From the NCBI GenBank assembly GCA_037137535.1, contig JBAXKC010000041.1, forward strand, positions 1-22,402: a stretch of 22,402 nt of DNA. Direction: 5' to 3'. Each line of letters starts with the position of its first letter. Position 1 is the first letter of the stretch. Below are positions 1-9,073 of the stretch, one piece after another. A model generated the notes under the pieces. It made no database searches. It was not told where the DNA came from and worked only from the letters and a program-made list of their open reading frames with translations. The stretch is from a bacterium. GTDB taxonomy: Bacteria; Cyanobacteriota; Vampirovibrionia; Gastranaerophilales; JBAXKC01. Both the position numbers and the translations under genes were made by a program.

Positions 1-152
1 ACATAGGAGTCACTAAGTTTTAAATAGGGGGATTTTTTGGGGGCATGTCAATTTATAAAATTCTATTATTTTTGCATACCTTAAATAAAGGATTTAATAA
101 CTTTTATCTGGAATTATCATGTAAATTAGTAAAAAGGGGAGGCGCAATTATT

Positions 153-686
153 ATGGTTGCAAGTATAGGAGCAGGCAGTCAGAGTTTTACTGATATGCAA
201 AGCATACGTCAGATGTTCCAATCATCCGGCACTAATGGAAGTAGTGGAGTATCCTTAAAGGATCTTCAAGATTTACAAACAAAAACAGAAGGCTCGAACA
301 CACAAGGAAAGACTACTTTCCTTGATACTCTTGTAGATAGTTACAGCAAAATTGATAAAGATGGAAATGGAACTTTATCTAAACAGGAATTAAAAGATTA
401 TATGCATAGCCAACAAGGAATTAAGGGTATGCAAGGCATGCATAAAGCTCACGGTCAACATAAAGGGAAAAAAGGAGGATCTTCTGCTATTGATCAAATG
501 ATGTCATCAACAGATGATCAAGACAATGATCCAACAAGTGCTTTATTAGGAGCTTATGGAAACACAACAAGTTCTTCAGACAGTAGCAATAATTTAATAT
601 CTGCGATGTTGAAGCAAGCTACAGATTTATATAGCTCTCAAAATAATAATAATGCTATAACTTCTACCGTTGAAGTTTCCGGTTAA
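153..686 (+). CDS. EF-hand domain, Ser/Gly/Gln/Met-rich low-complexity protein
   Basis: Canonical EF-hand loop DKDGNGTLSKQE. The ORF track starts at 45, but the in-frame ATG at 153 follows GGAGG (138-142) and is the likelier start (177 aa). Confidence 0.75.
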   Translation: MVASIGAGSQSFTDMQSIRQMFQSSGTNGSSGVSLKDLQDLQTKTEGSNTQGKTTFLDTLVDSYSKIDKDGNGTLSKQELKDYMHSQQGIKGMQGMHKAHGQHKGKKGGSSAIDQMMSSTDDQDNDPTSALLGAYGNTTSSSDSSNNLISAMLKQATDLYSSQNNNNAITSTVEVSG

Positions 687-732
687 AAACGCTTATAAGA
701 AGAGTTTTTAAATATCCTAAATATTCAACAAA

Positions 733-769
733 AAAATTATAGCCACTTCTTCAAGTTGGCTATAATTTT
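733..769. terminator. Bidirectional intrinsic terminator
   Basis: Inverted repeat AAAATTATAGCCA...TGGCTATAATTTT with A/T tails on both sides, lying between convergent stops at 686 (+) and 795 (-). Confidence 0.8.
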
Positions 770-794
770 ATTTATTACAAAATTAAATAACTAC

Positions 795-2681
795 TTATAA
801 CGGTCTGAATTGAACAATTATTTCTGAACCTAATTCCGAATCATTTAATTCTATCTGGAAATTATCGGGATCAACTGTTGTTCTTTCAATTCCGCTTACG
901 ATAACTTTTTCTACAATAAGTTTACTTTGGTCAAAAAAATCAGGTAAAACATTAATTGATTTATGTCCGCAATCTTTTGCAGGTTTAAAGAACAGACAGA
1001 ACGGCTCTTTTTTAACATAGGAACGGATATAGACATGTGCTAAATAATTCAATTCCAATGCATGATAGCCTGCAACTGAATGTCCGCCTTTATTTGCGTA
1101 ATTTTCTTTTAAAAATGGCAATCCATCATCGGTTGTTCTGAAATAAATTCCTCCTAAGTCTAAATCAAGGAAATATAAATTCCAGAAAAACATTGTTTCT
1201 CTTGCCAGCTCTAAATAATCATCTTTTCCTGTGTAACCATACATTATAAGATAAGCAAGTATGCCCTGTTCCTGTTGCCAGAAGTCTTTAGAGTTCCCCC
1301 ATGTGAATTCGATAAAGGATTCTGAGGGTTTTCGCTCAACTGCGTCAAAAACTCCGCCTCTAACTTGATCTAATGCAACTTTTCCCATATCAGTTGCTAA
1401 TTTATCGGCTAACTCAATTAATTTATTTTTATGAGATTCATCTTCACAATAATAAGCAACTCTTGTTAAATTCCATGCAATTTTCAGGTTATGCCCGCAA
1501 ATTGCTCTATTTTGCTGCCACCCCCAAGTTAAATCAGGCTTCCAGTCTTCGTGAAATCTTTCAATAACATAAGGTATTTCAGGGTGTTCTTTATCGGGAA
1601 ATTTTTCTACAATTAGAGTTGTTGTTTCTTTTAACATTTTTCTGCATTTTTCTATAAAATCAAGGCATTCTTTTGTTTCTATTGTTTTTGGTAACGGGTC
1701 AAGAGCCAAAATTACATTAATCAAATAAGCAGGAATATGATCACCTATCGAGTTCCAATTTTTCTTTAATTTATTATCGCCAAGAGTATCAGTATCAGAG
1801 GATAATGTTGCATAATCTATATGAGAAAAAAAGCCCTCGCCTTTTTCGTCATAAAAGAATTTATAAAAAGTATTAATTGTTCTTTTTATATCTTCTAAAA
1901 CTTTCCAATCCTGAGTTATTCTGTAATATTGCGCAAGCCCTGCAAGACAGTAAATTTGTTCGTATAAAGGAATTGTATTAAAATCATCAGGGTTTTGCGA
2001 GGGCATTGAAACTTCTGTATTACGCTTTGCTGCCGCCCAAAAACAATATTTTCCGTCATTGCTTATACTTCTAAACCATTCACGCTGATAGGCAACACCA
2101 TTTTGAGCTGCATCCAAAAATCTCTTTGAACCTGTTAAAAGATAAGCTGAAGAAAGCCCATAAATTAATCTTGATAACGTTGCGCACTCCTGCGTTTTGT
2201 TGTCTTTGTCGGGAGCTCCTGAAATACCTATATAAGTTTGATATTTAGTAAAATCGTAATCATTTTCTTTGAAAAGATAATTTAACCATGTATCTGCAAA
2301 GTTAGAAATCTGTGTAAGCCACCAATGCCCATCCTCAAAGAGATATCTTCCGTCAGAATCCTGACATAGGTTAATTATTCTTGCATCAAAATATTCTTTA
2401 TCATTATCCCTTATGTATATGCCGTAAACAGATATTAGAATATCCTGTTTTATGTATTTTTTTATTTTTTCTGAAAGTTTTTTATCATCATAATTTTCGG
2501 GTGTTTTAATTCTGTCTCTGTCGAGTTTATCTGTATTTTTAAGTGTTTTAACTTGTGTTTCTCTTCCTATACGCACTTTTACAAAATCACCGCTTCTACA
2601 TTTTATATAAAAAGCGCTTTCATCTGAATGTATTTCTGTAACTCTGCCCATTAAACTTGTGCTGTAAGTATATTTATTCAT
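795..2681 (-). CDS. AGE-family (N-acylglucosamine 2-epimerase-like) (alpha/alpha)6-barrel sugar epimerase/isomerase, long form
   Basis: Motifs SRLIYGLSSAY, FYDEKGEGFFSH, GHNLKIAW, DQVRGGVFD, KDFWQQEQ, GYHALEL match AGE-family Arg/His positions. 628 aa, with N- and C-terminal extensions. RBS AAGGGGG upstream. Confidence 0.8.
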   Translation of the reverse strand: MNKYTYSTSLMGRVTEIHSDESAFYIKCRSGDFVKVRIGRETQVKTLKNTDKLDRDRIKTPENYDDKKLSEKIKKYIKQDILISVYGIYIRDNDKEYFDARIINLCQDSDGRYLFEDGHWWLTQISNFADTWLNYLFKENDYDFTKYQTYIGISGAPDKDNKTQECATLSRLIYGLSSAYLLTGSKRFLDAAQNGVAYQREWFRSISNDGKYCFWAAAKRNTEVSMPSQNPDDFNTIPLYEQIYCLAGLAQYYRITQDWKVLEDIKRTINTFYKFFYDEKGEGFFSHIDYATLSSDTDTLGDNKLKKNWNSIGDHIPAYLINVILALDPLPKTIETKECLDFIEKCRKMLKETTTLIVEKFPDKEHPEIPYVIERFHEDWKPDLTWGWQQNRAICGHNLKIAWNLTRVAYYCEDESHKNKLIELADKLATDMGKVALDQVRGGVFDAVERKPSESFIEFTWGNSKDFWQQEQGILAYLIMYGYTGKDDYLELARETMFFWNLYFLDLDLGGIYFRTTDDGLPFLKENYANKGGHSVAGYHALELNYLAHVYIRSYVKKEPFCLFFKPAKDCGHKSINVLPDFFDQSKLIVEKVIVSGIERTTVDPDNFQIELNDSELGSEIIVQFRPL

Positions 2682-2690
2682 TATTCCCCC

Positions 2691-4766
2691 TTATTTAGAT
2701 ATAAATATAGCAATACTTCTATCGTTTAGAGTATAATTTGAACCTGTAATTAAAATTTCATTTCCTACTTTATTTTCTGAGGTATCAGCAACCTTATACC
2801 ATTGACGTTGAGGAATAACAGGAATTTCAAAGCTTAAAGGCTCCCAATACATATTCATCATTACATGAATATCGGAATCACCATTAAATCCCGCTACAGT
2901 AAACGAAAGGGCATGCGAAAAATAATTATCCCAATCGATATTATTCAGCATAGTGCCATGCCAGTTTATATCTTTTAATCCTCGCTCATTTACAGAGCCG
3001 TTATAAAAATTTCTGGAATGAAGTGAGTGATTTTCTTTTCTAAACTTAATCATAAAGGTAAAGAACTCAAGAATTTCTTTATTCTTATCTGCTAAAGTCC
3101 AGTCAAACCAATTTAATTCGTTGTCTTGACAGTAAGAATTATTATTTCCGTTTTGTGTCCTTCTAACTTCATCACCGCTTGTAATCATAGGAACACCTCG
3201 AGAAAGTAATAATATTGCGGCAAAGTTTTTTATCTGACGTATTCTAAGAGATTCGATGTCTGCATTATCAGTTGAGCCTTCTACTCCGCAATTCCAGCTG
3301 TCATTAGTATTATTACCGTCATTGTTATTTTCACCGTTATTATAATTATGTTTATAGTTATAGGAAACAAGGTCATTCAATGTAAAACCGTCATGAGCCG
3401 TTATAAAATTTATCCCGTTTATAGGAAGATGATCTGTTCTCTGATATAAATCATTGCTTCCTGAAATTCGGTATGCAATTGCACCTATTTTACCGTTATC
3501 GCCTTTTATAAACTGTCTGACATCATCACGAAATTTTCCGTTCCATTGTGTCCATCTATAACCATGAATATGTCCCATCTGATAAAGCTGGTCACTATCC
3601 CATGGTTCTGTTATTAGTTTTGCGCCATCAAGACTTTCCCTTAATTCAATCCCCCATAATACAGGTGGATATTCCATTGGCAGACCGTCTAAACCTCTTG
3701 AAAGAATTGAACCTTCATCAAATCTAAAGCCGTCAACATGCATTTCTGTAACCCAATATTCAAGACTTTCAATAATTAACTTTTGAACAATAGGGTGATT
3801 ACAATTTATTGTATTTCCGCAACCCGAGTAATTCATATAATATCTTTTATCATTTGGAGCTAAATAATAATATAAAGAATTATCTATACCTTTAAAAGAA
3901 AAAACAGGCCCATTTTCATTGCCTTCATCTGTATGATTAAAAACTACGTCAAGAATTACTTCTATATTATTTTTATGTAATTCTTTGACTAAATCTCTAA
4001 ATTCATCTAATTGTTTTGACTCATCAGGTGAAGTGCAGTATCCGGAATGTGGAGAAAAGAAGTTAACCGTACTGTATCCCCAGTAATTTTTTAACGGTTC
4101 ATTATTCGGACCATAATGAAGAATACTTTTTCCGTCAAACTCCATAACGGGTAATAATTCAACCGCTGTAACTCCAAGCCCTTTCAAGTATGGGATTTTT
4201 TCTATTATTCCTGAGAAAGTACCTTTATTTTCTACATTTGAGCTATCTGACTGAGTAAACCCCCTTGTGTGCATTTCATAAATAATAGTTTCATTCATGT
4301 TATGTCTGGGGTGTTGGTCGTTTTCCCAATCATAGTCACTTACATCAATAATACTGCATCTCATTGACGTTAATATATTATCAGAATTATCTGTTGCTTT
4401 TTCTCTGTTCCATAAATCTTCACATATTGCTTTTGCATATGGATCAATAAGCACTTTATTAAAGTCAAATCGGTTTCCATTAGTTGAAATATCATTTGGG
4501 CCGTCAATTCGATAAGCATAATACTTTTTAGGTTTTAATCCTTCAACAAAAACATGCCAGAAACCAAATTCTCTATTTTTTTCAGAATCCAGTTCGATTA
4601 TTTGAGTGGGTTCTAAATCTGTTACATTATCAAATAATAAAAGCTGAACTCTTGTGGCTTCGGAGGAAAATATTGAAAAATTAACTCCGTTCTGGTCTTT
4701 ATAATATATTGCACCGAGTGGACATGGTCGACCGTCAGAAACTTTATAAATTTCATTATCAGGCAT
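2691..4766 (-). CDS. glgX: Glycogen debranching enzyme / isoamylase (CBM48 + GH13)
   Basis: GRPCPLGA and VNFSIFS N-terminus, LIDPYAKAI, IYEMHTRGFT, NYWGYST, DVVFNHT, catalytic DGFRFD, EPWD, NFITAHDGFTLND, GDEVRRTQNGNNNSYCQDNE. Confidence 0.95.
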   Translation of the reverse strand: MPDNEIYKVSDGRPCPLGAIYYKDQNGVNFSIFSSEATRVQLLLFDNVTDLEPTQIIELDSEKNREFGFWHVFVEGLKPKKYYAYRIDGPNDISTNGNRFDFNKVLIDPYAKAICEDLWNREKATDNSDNILTSMRCSIIDVSDYDWENDQHPRHNMNETIIYEMHTRGFTQSDSSNVENKGTFSGIIEKIPYLKGLGVTAVELLPVMEFDGKSILHYGPNNEPLKNYWGYSTVNFFSPHSGYCTSPDESKQLDEFRDLVKELHKNNIEVILDVVFNHTDEGNENGPVFSFKGIDNSLYYYLAPNDKRYYMNYSGCGNTINCNHPIVQKLIIESLEYWVTEMHVDGFRFDEGSILSRGLDGLPMEYPPVLWGIELRESLDGAKLITEPWDSDQLYQMGHIHGYRWTQWNGKFRDDVRQFIKGDNGKIGAIAYRISGSNDLYQRTDHLPINGINFITAHDGFTLNDLVSYNYKHNYNNGENNNDGNNTNDSWNCGVEGSTDNADIESLRIRQIKNFAAILLLSRGVPMITSGDEVRRTQNGNNNSYCQDNELNWFDWTLADKNKEILEFFTFMIKFRKENHSLHSRNFYNGSVNERGLKDINWHGTMLNNIDWDNYFSHALSFTVAGFNGDSDIHVMMNMYWEPLSFEIPVIPQRQWYKVADTSENKVGNEILITGSNYTLNDRSIAIFISK

Positions 4767-4780
4767 TATTCATATCCTTT

Positions 4781-5329
4781 TCAAATCATACTAATTATTG
4801 TTTTTGCAAATTCATTACAATTATCGCCTGTGCGTGCTGTTACTAGGTCGTTATCGACTACAACGGTCTGATCTGTATAAATTGCACCCATATTTTTTAC
4901 ATCACCCAATAAATTATTATGCGCAACTAATTTTCTGCCTTTGACTAATTCGGAGATTGGCGACATTAACCATAATCCATGGCAAATAATGCCTTTAATG
5001 ATAGTTTTTTCGGCAAAAACTCTTTTTAAAAATTCACAAGCAGGAGGCAATTTATTAATATCTTCCGTATAACGCAATCTATCTGAAACATAACCCGATG
5101 GAATTATTATTGCAGAATAACTTCTAAGGGTATCATCATCCATGTTTTCAAAACTTTCTCTGAAGTCTAAAGGTATTTTATATTCATGTCCCTCATATTT
5201 TTGAAAGCTCTGCCCCCATAATCTTGTGAGAAAATGGACTTCAATATTTTCTTCTGCAAAGCGTAATTGATAATAAAAAATTTCTTTTTCGTAAAAATCA
5301 GACTCTATTAATATTCCTATTTTTTTCAT
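4781..5329 (-). CDS. DJ-1/PfpI family protein
   Basis: KKIGILIESDFYEKE, AIIIPSG, nucleophile elbow GIICHG, VVVDNDLVTAR. Confidence 0.88.
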   Translation of the reverse strand: MKKIGILIESDFYEKEIFYYQLRFAEENIEVHFLTRLWGQSFQKYEGHEYKIPLDFRESFENMDDDTLRSYSAIIIPSGYVSDRLRYTEDINKLPPACEFLKRVFAEKTIIKGIICHGLWLMSPISELVKGRKLVAHNNLLGDVKNMGAIYTDQTVVVDNDLVTARTGDNCNEFAKTIISMI

Positions 5330-5347
5330 CGTATTCCCCTTAATTTC

Positions 5348-6169
5348 TTACCAACCAAACTTTTTAAGACCGAGATCAAGACATTCAACAAGTTTTTGCC
5401 CCGTTAAATAAGCACATCTGGTTGAACGGCCTGTTATAAATGGATAGTCAACTATAACAGAAGTCATAGAGCCAAAATTTCCATGAAATTTACCATTTGG
5501 GGCAACCGCATCTCTTAAAATATATTCAAGAGTATAAGGAGCAGCTCCCATATCAAGATTTACATTTAAAAAGCCTGTACCGTATTTATAATCATATTCA
5601 ACAGGATGCCCTGTTACATGTTTATTTTTTATTATGCTTTCTCTGATTCTGATATCTCGAGCAAAGGCAAGACAGGCTACACCATAACATATTGCAGCAA
5701 TTGGTTTTTCTGCCTTATGAAAAGCTAATATTAAATCATGCACTCTAAAATTATTTACCATATCAATAATTGGCCCACTTCCGCCAATTAATAAAATTGC
5801 TTCAAATTGTTCAATATAATTATCTATTTCTTCTAAGGTTTTATAGTATTCTTCAAGTTCTCTTAAATAATTTACAGAACTTAAATATGGTCGATCAGGC
5901 ATTAAATTAAATATATTAATGGGATTGTCGAGTTTATTAGAAGAATCTAAGGCTTTTACTTTATTTGCCATTTCTTCAGTTGTAACTTTGTCATTTAGCG
6001 GAGGATCAACATAATTTGCATCCATACTTGGAGGTAGTGGCCTTGCTTTATTACCTTTCGGAGTAGCAAATACACATTCATACCCTGCTTTAGTTAAAAC
6101 TTCATAAGGGCCAATTAATTCTTCACCCCAATATCCATATTCTGAAAGAATTACCAGAATTTTTTTCAT
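5348..6169 (-). CDS. Type 1 glutamine-amidotransferase-like ThiJ/PfpI (Hsp31-like) protein
   Basis: GYWGEELIGPYEVL, FATPKG, AILLIGGSGP, KPIAAICYG, VTGH, VIVDYPFITGRS. RBS AAAGGAG upstream. Confidence 0.85.
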   Translation of the reverse strand: MKKILVILSEYGYWGEELIGPYEVLTKAGYECVFATPKGNKARPLPPSMDANYVDPPLNDKVTTEEMANKVKALDSSNKLDNPINIFNLMPDRPYLSSVNYLRELEEYYKTLEEIDNYIEQFEAILLIGGSGPIIDMVNNFRVHDLILAFHKAEKPIAAICYGVACLAFARDIRIRESIIKNKHVTGHPVEYDYKYGTGFLNVNLDMGAAPYTLEYILRDAVAPNGKFHGNFGSMTSVIVDYPFITGRSTRCAYLTGQKLVECLDLGLKKFGW

Positions 6170-6319
6170 AAAAAAACTCCTTTGTCTTGTTCACTAAAAA
6201 TTATTAGACAAAACAGTTTAAAGTTTTTCTTAGAGAATAACAATTGTACATATTTATAAAAATTCGTATGATTATTAATACTTATTTCGATTTTCTGTTA
6301 TTGAATAGTTCGTACATGT

Positions 6320-6615
6320 TTAGTTCGATTTAGCTATTTCTATCATCCTATTTTCTATTTCTTCAGTAACTTCTTTTGGTCTGCATGATCTTTCCTTATA
6401 GAAAAAACCTGCTATTCCAAAATTCTCATACTTTTTAATCCATTCTGATATTGTTTTTTAGTCCTGTGAAGAATTTCAGCTACTACTTTTATACATTTCC
6501 CTCTATTTGAAAATTCTTCTGCGTGTGCTCATTCTCTAACTTTCGCATTCCGAAGGGATTTACGCATTTCAACTATTGTTATTTCTTCATATTTCTCTAA
6601 TTTCACACTATTCAT
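6320..6615 (-). pseudogene. IS630-family transposase N-terminal (HTH) remnant
   Basis: Manual translation: MNSVKLEKYEEITIVEMRKSLRNAKVRE*AHAEEFSNRGKCIKVVAEILHRTK / frameshift at the T6 run 6454-6459 / TISEWIKKYENFGIAGFFYKERSCRPKEVTEEIENRMIEIAKSN*. This resembles the IS630 pattern R-x-RA...IA..L.....T+..W+..Y...G+.GL....RSGRP. Internal TGA at 6529-6531. No DDE domain remains. Confidence 0.75.
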
Positions 6616-6839
6616 AAATACAGTCTATTTTATTTTTAAACTGTTTTTAAAGACGTAAAAACTTTTTATTTGTTACTTAATCGAAGACTGATTATTTTAT
6701 ATTAGTTACTTCTACAGTGGTCTTAATATCATAAATTAGTATTTAGGGGCAATGTCATTACTTTCATGTGATGACACTTTTTACACGAATAAATATAGCA
6801 GAATTTGAGTTATAGTGATAATTCTAACCTAATTATTAT

Positions 6840-7496
6840 TTAGATTAGAGACTTAATATACATATATAAAGAGACTAGAGCAATAAAAATCAGAACTGAT
6901 ATAATTATTGTATTAAAACTAAAAATTTTCTTATCGCTAATATTTTTTGATTTTTTAGTTGCCTTCTTTGAATTTATCTTCTTTTTCTCAGTTGAAGGTG
7001 TCTTACGCATTTTTTTTAATTCAGTTGAATATTTTTCCTTTAAAAGCTTTGGCGAAGATGTGTTGCCTGTCATTAAAACTTCTTCACTAAATATGGACTT
7101 ATCAAGTTTTTTACTGTACCCGTATTTTGCATTAGAATAAAATACTGCAATTTCATAAGCTCTTTCCAAACACTCAAGTGCTGTTTTTCCATTTTTTATT
7201 GCTACAGAAGAGTGTGCAGAATTATTACCATGTTTTTTTAAAAAATATAAATCATCGGTAAATTCTTTTATTCTCATATTATCAAATGACTTGTCTTTAA
7301 TTCGGTTAATCATCGAATCAAATGTTTCATCAGGCAATACTTTGTCTTGCAATAAATCTCTACATATATTTTCTGCAAAACGTCTGGTTTGAATCACTGC
7401 TTGCTCAAAATATTCGTCTCGGAATAGTTTTTCTGCTTCAGCGATTATATTAAATAAATTTTTATTATTTTTTTTAAGAAATACAAAATTACTCAT
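6840..7496 (-). CDS. DUF4145-like (HsdR N-terminal / HEPN-related) protein with Lys-rich linker and C-terminal transmembrane helix
   Basis: MSNFVFL...AEAEKL...RRFAENI...LKKHGNNSAH resembles DUF4145. Hydrophobic C-terminus IIISVLIFIALVSLYMYI. The start is probably ATG 7496 rather than 7517. Confidence 0.7.
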   Translation of the reverse strand: MSNFVFLKKNNKNLFNIIAEAEKLFRDEYFEQAVIQTRRFAENICRDLLQDKVLPDETFDSMINRIKDKSFDNMRIKEFTDDLYFLKKHGNNSAHSSVAIKNGKTALECLERAYEIAVFYSNAKYGYSKKLDKSIFSEEVLMTGNTSSPKLLKEKYSTELKKMRKTPSTEKKKINSKKATKKSKNISDKKIFSFNTIIISVLIFIALVSLYMYIKSLI

Positions 7497-7637
7497 AGAT
7501 TCAAGTATAACAAACAAATTTTATAAAAAATCAAACAATTATGCTACTTTTATAAATTTATTTATTAAAATTACAGAACTGTATTTAATTATATTTATAA
7601 GAAGTGAACCACAAATATATAGGGTAGAAAATTCCCT

Positions 7638-7727
7638 ATGGAAAAGAAACCTGAAAATTATTTAGCTTTTATTCATATTGCTTGCTGGGTTATGCTGCTT
7701 TCTAGATTATTTGTCGAATAAGCTCTA
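7638..7727 (+). mobile_element. IS5-family transposase C-terminal fragment with likely right end
   Basis: 7638-7721 encodes (M)EKKPENYLAFIHIACWVMLLSRLFVE*, like the IS5-family C-terminal pattern (R)W/YEK...NY.AF+.+AC. It is followed directly by GCTCTA, resembling IS5/IS1031-type termini. Confidence 0.6.
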
Positions 7728-7809
7728 TATCAATGCTTTAAAATTTTTTTAGTTCTTTCATTATTTTAAAGATTAAAACCTTCTGTATAAAGTCAATCAA
7801 GACTTGATT

Positions 7810-9006
7810 TCATACACCTTTTTCGTTTAATAATTTTTCAATTTCAATTATGTTTTTTTCAAGAAATTTAAAATCCTCATTAATTTTATTTGATATTTCT
7901 TCATAACTAATATTTTGTAAATTCAAATTTTCATAATTATAAATAAAATCAGGATTAAAATGGCAATATTCTCCACACATACTTGATTGTTTTTTATCAA
8001 TCTTAAACCATAATTCATTATCTGAAAGCTGTTTAAAGATATTTTTTCGTTTTTCAATATCTTCCTTTTTAAATCCTATAAAAAAATATCTGTATTGTTT
8101 TTCTTCAATTTGAATACCAATAAAAAATTTTTCTTTTAATTTAATCGCCAAATCAATTGTTCCTTTGCCATGATTGAAAGAAGAACCAAATTTATGATTT
8201 TTGAAAATATTCAATTTGGGGATTCTATTTTCAATATACTGAAACAACTCATCCGTCCTATACTTTATGTAAATAGAATGCAATTTAATCTTTTTTAGCT
8301 CTTTTAATTTCTCACAATTACTATTATAAAAATTATAAAGTTTATTTCCAGTTTGCTCTTTGATTAATTCAGAAAATTGATTTGACAAAAAAGTTATTAC
8401 ATTTTTATAGTCATTTATTAGATATTTATGATAATTATCTTTATATTTAATTTCATTATTGAAAATATTTTCAATTTTTTCAGCTAATTTTGAATAGCTA
8501 AAATATTTCCAATTGTCTGATGTATTGATGTTTTCAAACAGTTTGATTTTTTCTGCCATAGATAAAAGAATAAAAATATTTTCACTATTTTCACTATTTT
8601 CATTAATTACACTTATGTAATTTTTAAGTTGTCTATCATTAGGAAATGATTTTAATTTATTTTCAATATAAATATTTATTGTTTTTGCTATTTCTTTATC
8701 AAAGATTTCAATAAATAAATCGGTTTTTATATTCAATTTGTCAGTATCTGTTTCTATTTTGCACTGCGCTTTCAAATTTTTAGTTTTTTCCTTTGAAATA
8801 GAAAATGAATTCTGAGTTTTAGTTTCTTTCATTTCAAGATTTTTATAATTTTTAACATTTAAAAAATCATCTTTTAATATTAATAAAAATTGTTTGGGAT
8901 AAGTTTCAGCCAACCAAGCTAAAAAATTAGTATGAAAATCTTCTAATGAACAAGAAGATAGTTTGAATAATGGGGATGTTTTTAAATCTTCAATAGTATA
9001 TGTCAT
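7810..9006 (-). CDS. PD-(D/E)XK superfamily nuclease (PDDEXK_4-like)
   Basis: EDFHTNFLAWL helix, TDLFIE, IYIENKLKS...DRQLKNY, IFILLS, WKYFSY. Very AT-rich coding sequence by eye. Confidence 0.78.
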   Translation of the reverse strand: MTYTIEDLKTSPLFKLSSCSLEDFHTNFLAWLAETYPKQFLLILKDDFLNVKNYKNLEMKETKTQNSFSISKEKTKNLKAQCKIETDTDKLNIKTDLFIEIFDKEIAKTINIYIENKLKSFPNDRQLKNYISVINENSENSENIFILLSMAEKIKLFENINTSDNWKYFSYSKLAEKIENIFNNEIKYKDNYHKYLINDYKNVITFLSNQFSELIKEQTGNKLYNFYNSNCEKLKELKKIKLHSIYIKYRTDELFQYIENRIPKLNIFKNHKFGSSFNHGKGTIDLAIKLKEKFFIGIQIEEKQYRYFFIGFKKEDIEKRKNIFKQLSDNELWFKIDKKQSSMCGEYCHFNPDFIYNYENLNLQNISYEEISNKINEDFKFLEKNIIEIEKLLNEKGV

Positions 9007-9073
9007 TTTAAAATTTCTCCATTAGTGCAATCACCCAATATTATAATAAGGACATTATTATATCAAACTACTA

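Noticed and set aside
45-152. N-terminal extension of the first ORF
   Set aside because: It reads like intergenic DNA, and the strong GGAGG SD precedes ATG 153.
1373-1567. 64-aa plus-strand ORF
   Set aside because: Antisense shadow inside the AGE-family gene, with no motifs.
6753-6776. Imperfect hairpin TGTCATTAC...GTGATGACA downstream of the DUF4145 gene
   Set aside because: Weak stem with no U-tract on the relevant strand; it cannot be supported as a terminator.
7795-7809. Palindrome AATCAAG-A-CTTGATT next to the nuclease stop codon
   Set aside because: A single occurrence with a 1-nt loop that does not match the N7 operator geometry.
8577-8603. 9-bp tandem repeat (TATTTTCAC x3, last copy imperfect) in the nuclease gene
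   Set aside because: In-frame slippage giving ENSENSEN in a probable loop; no evidence of phase variation.
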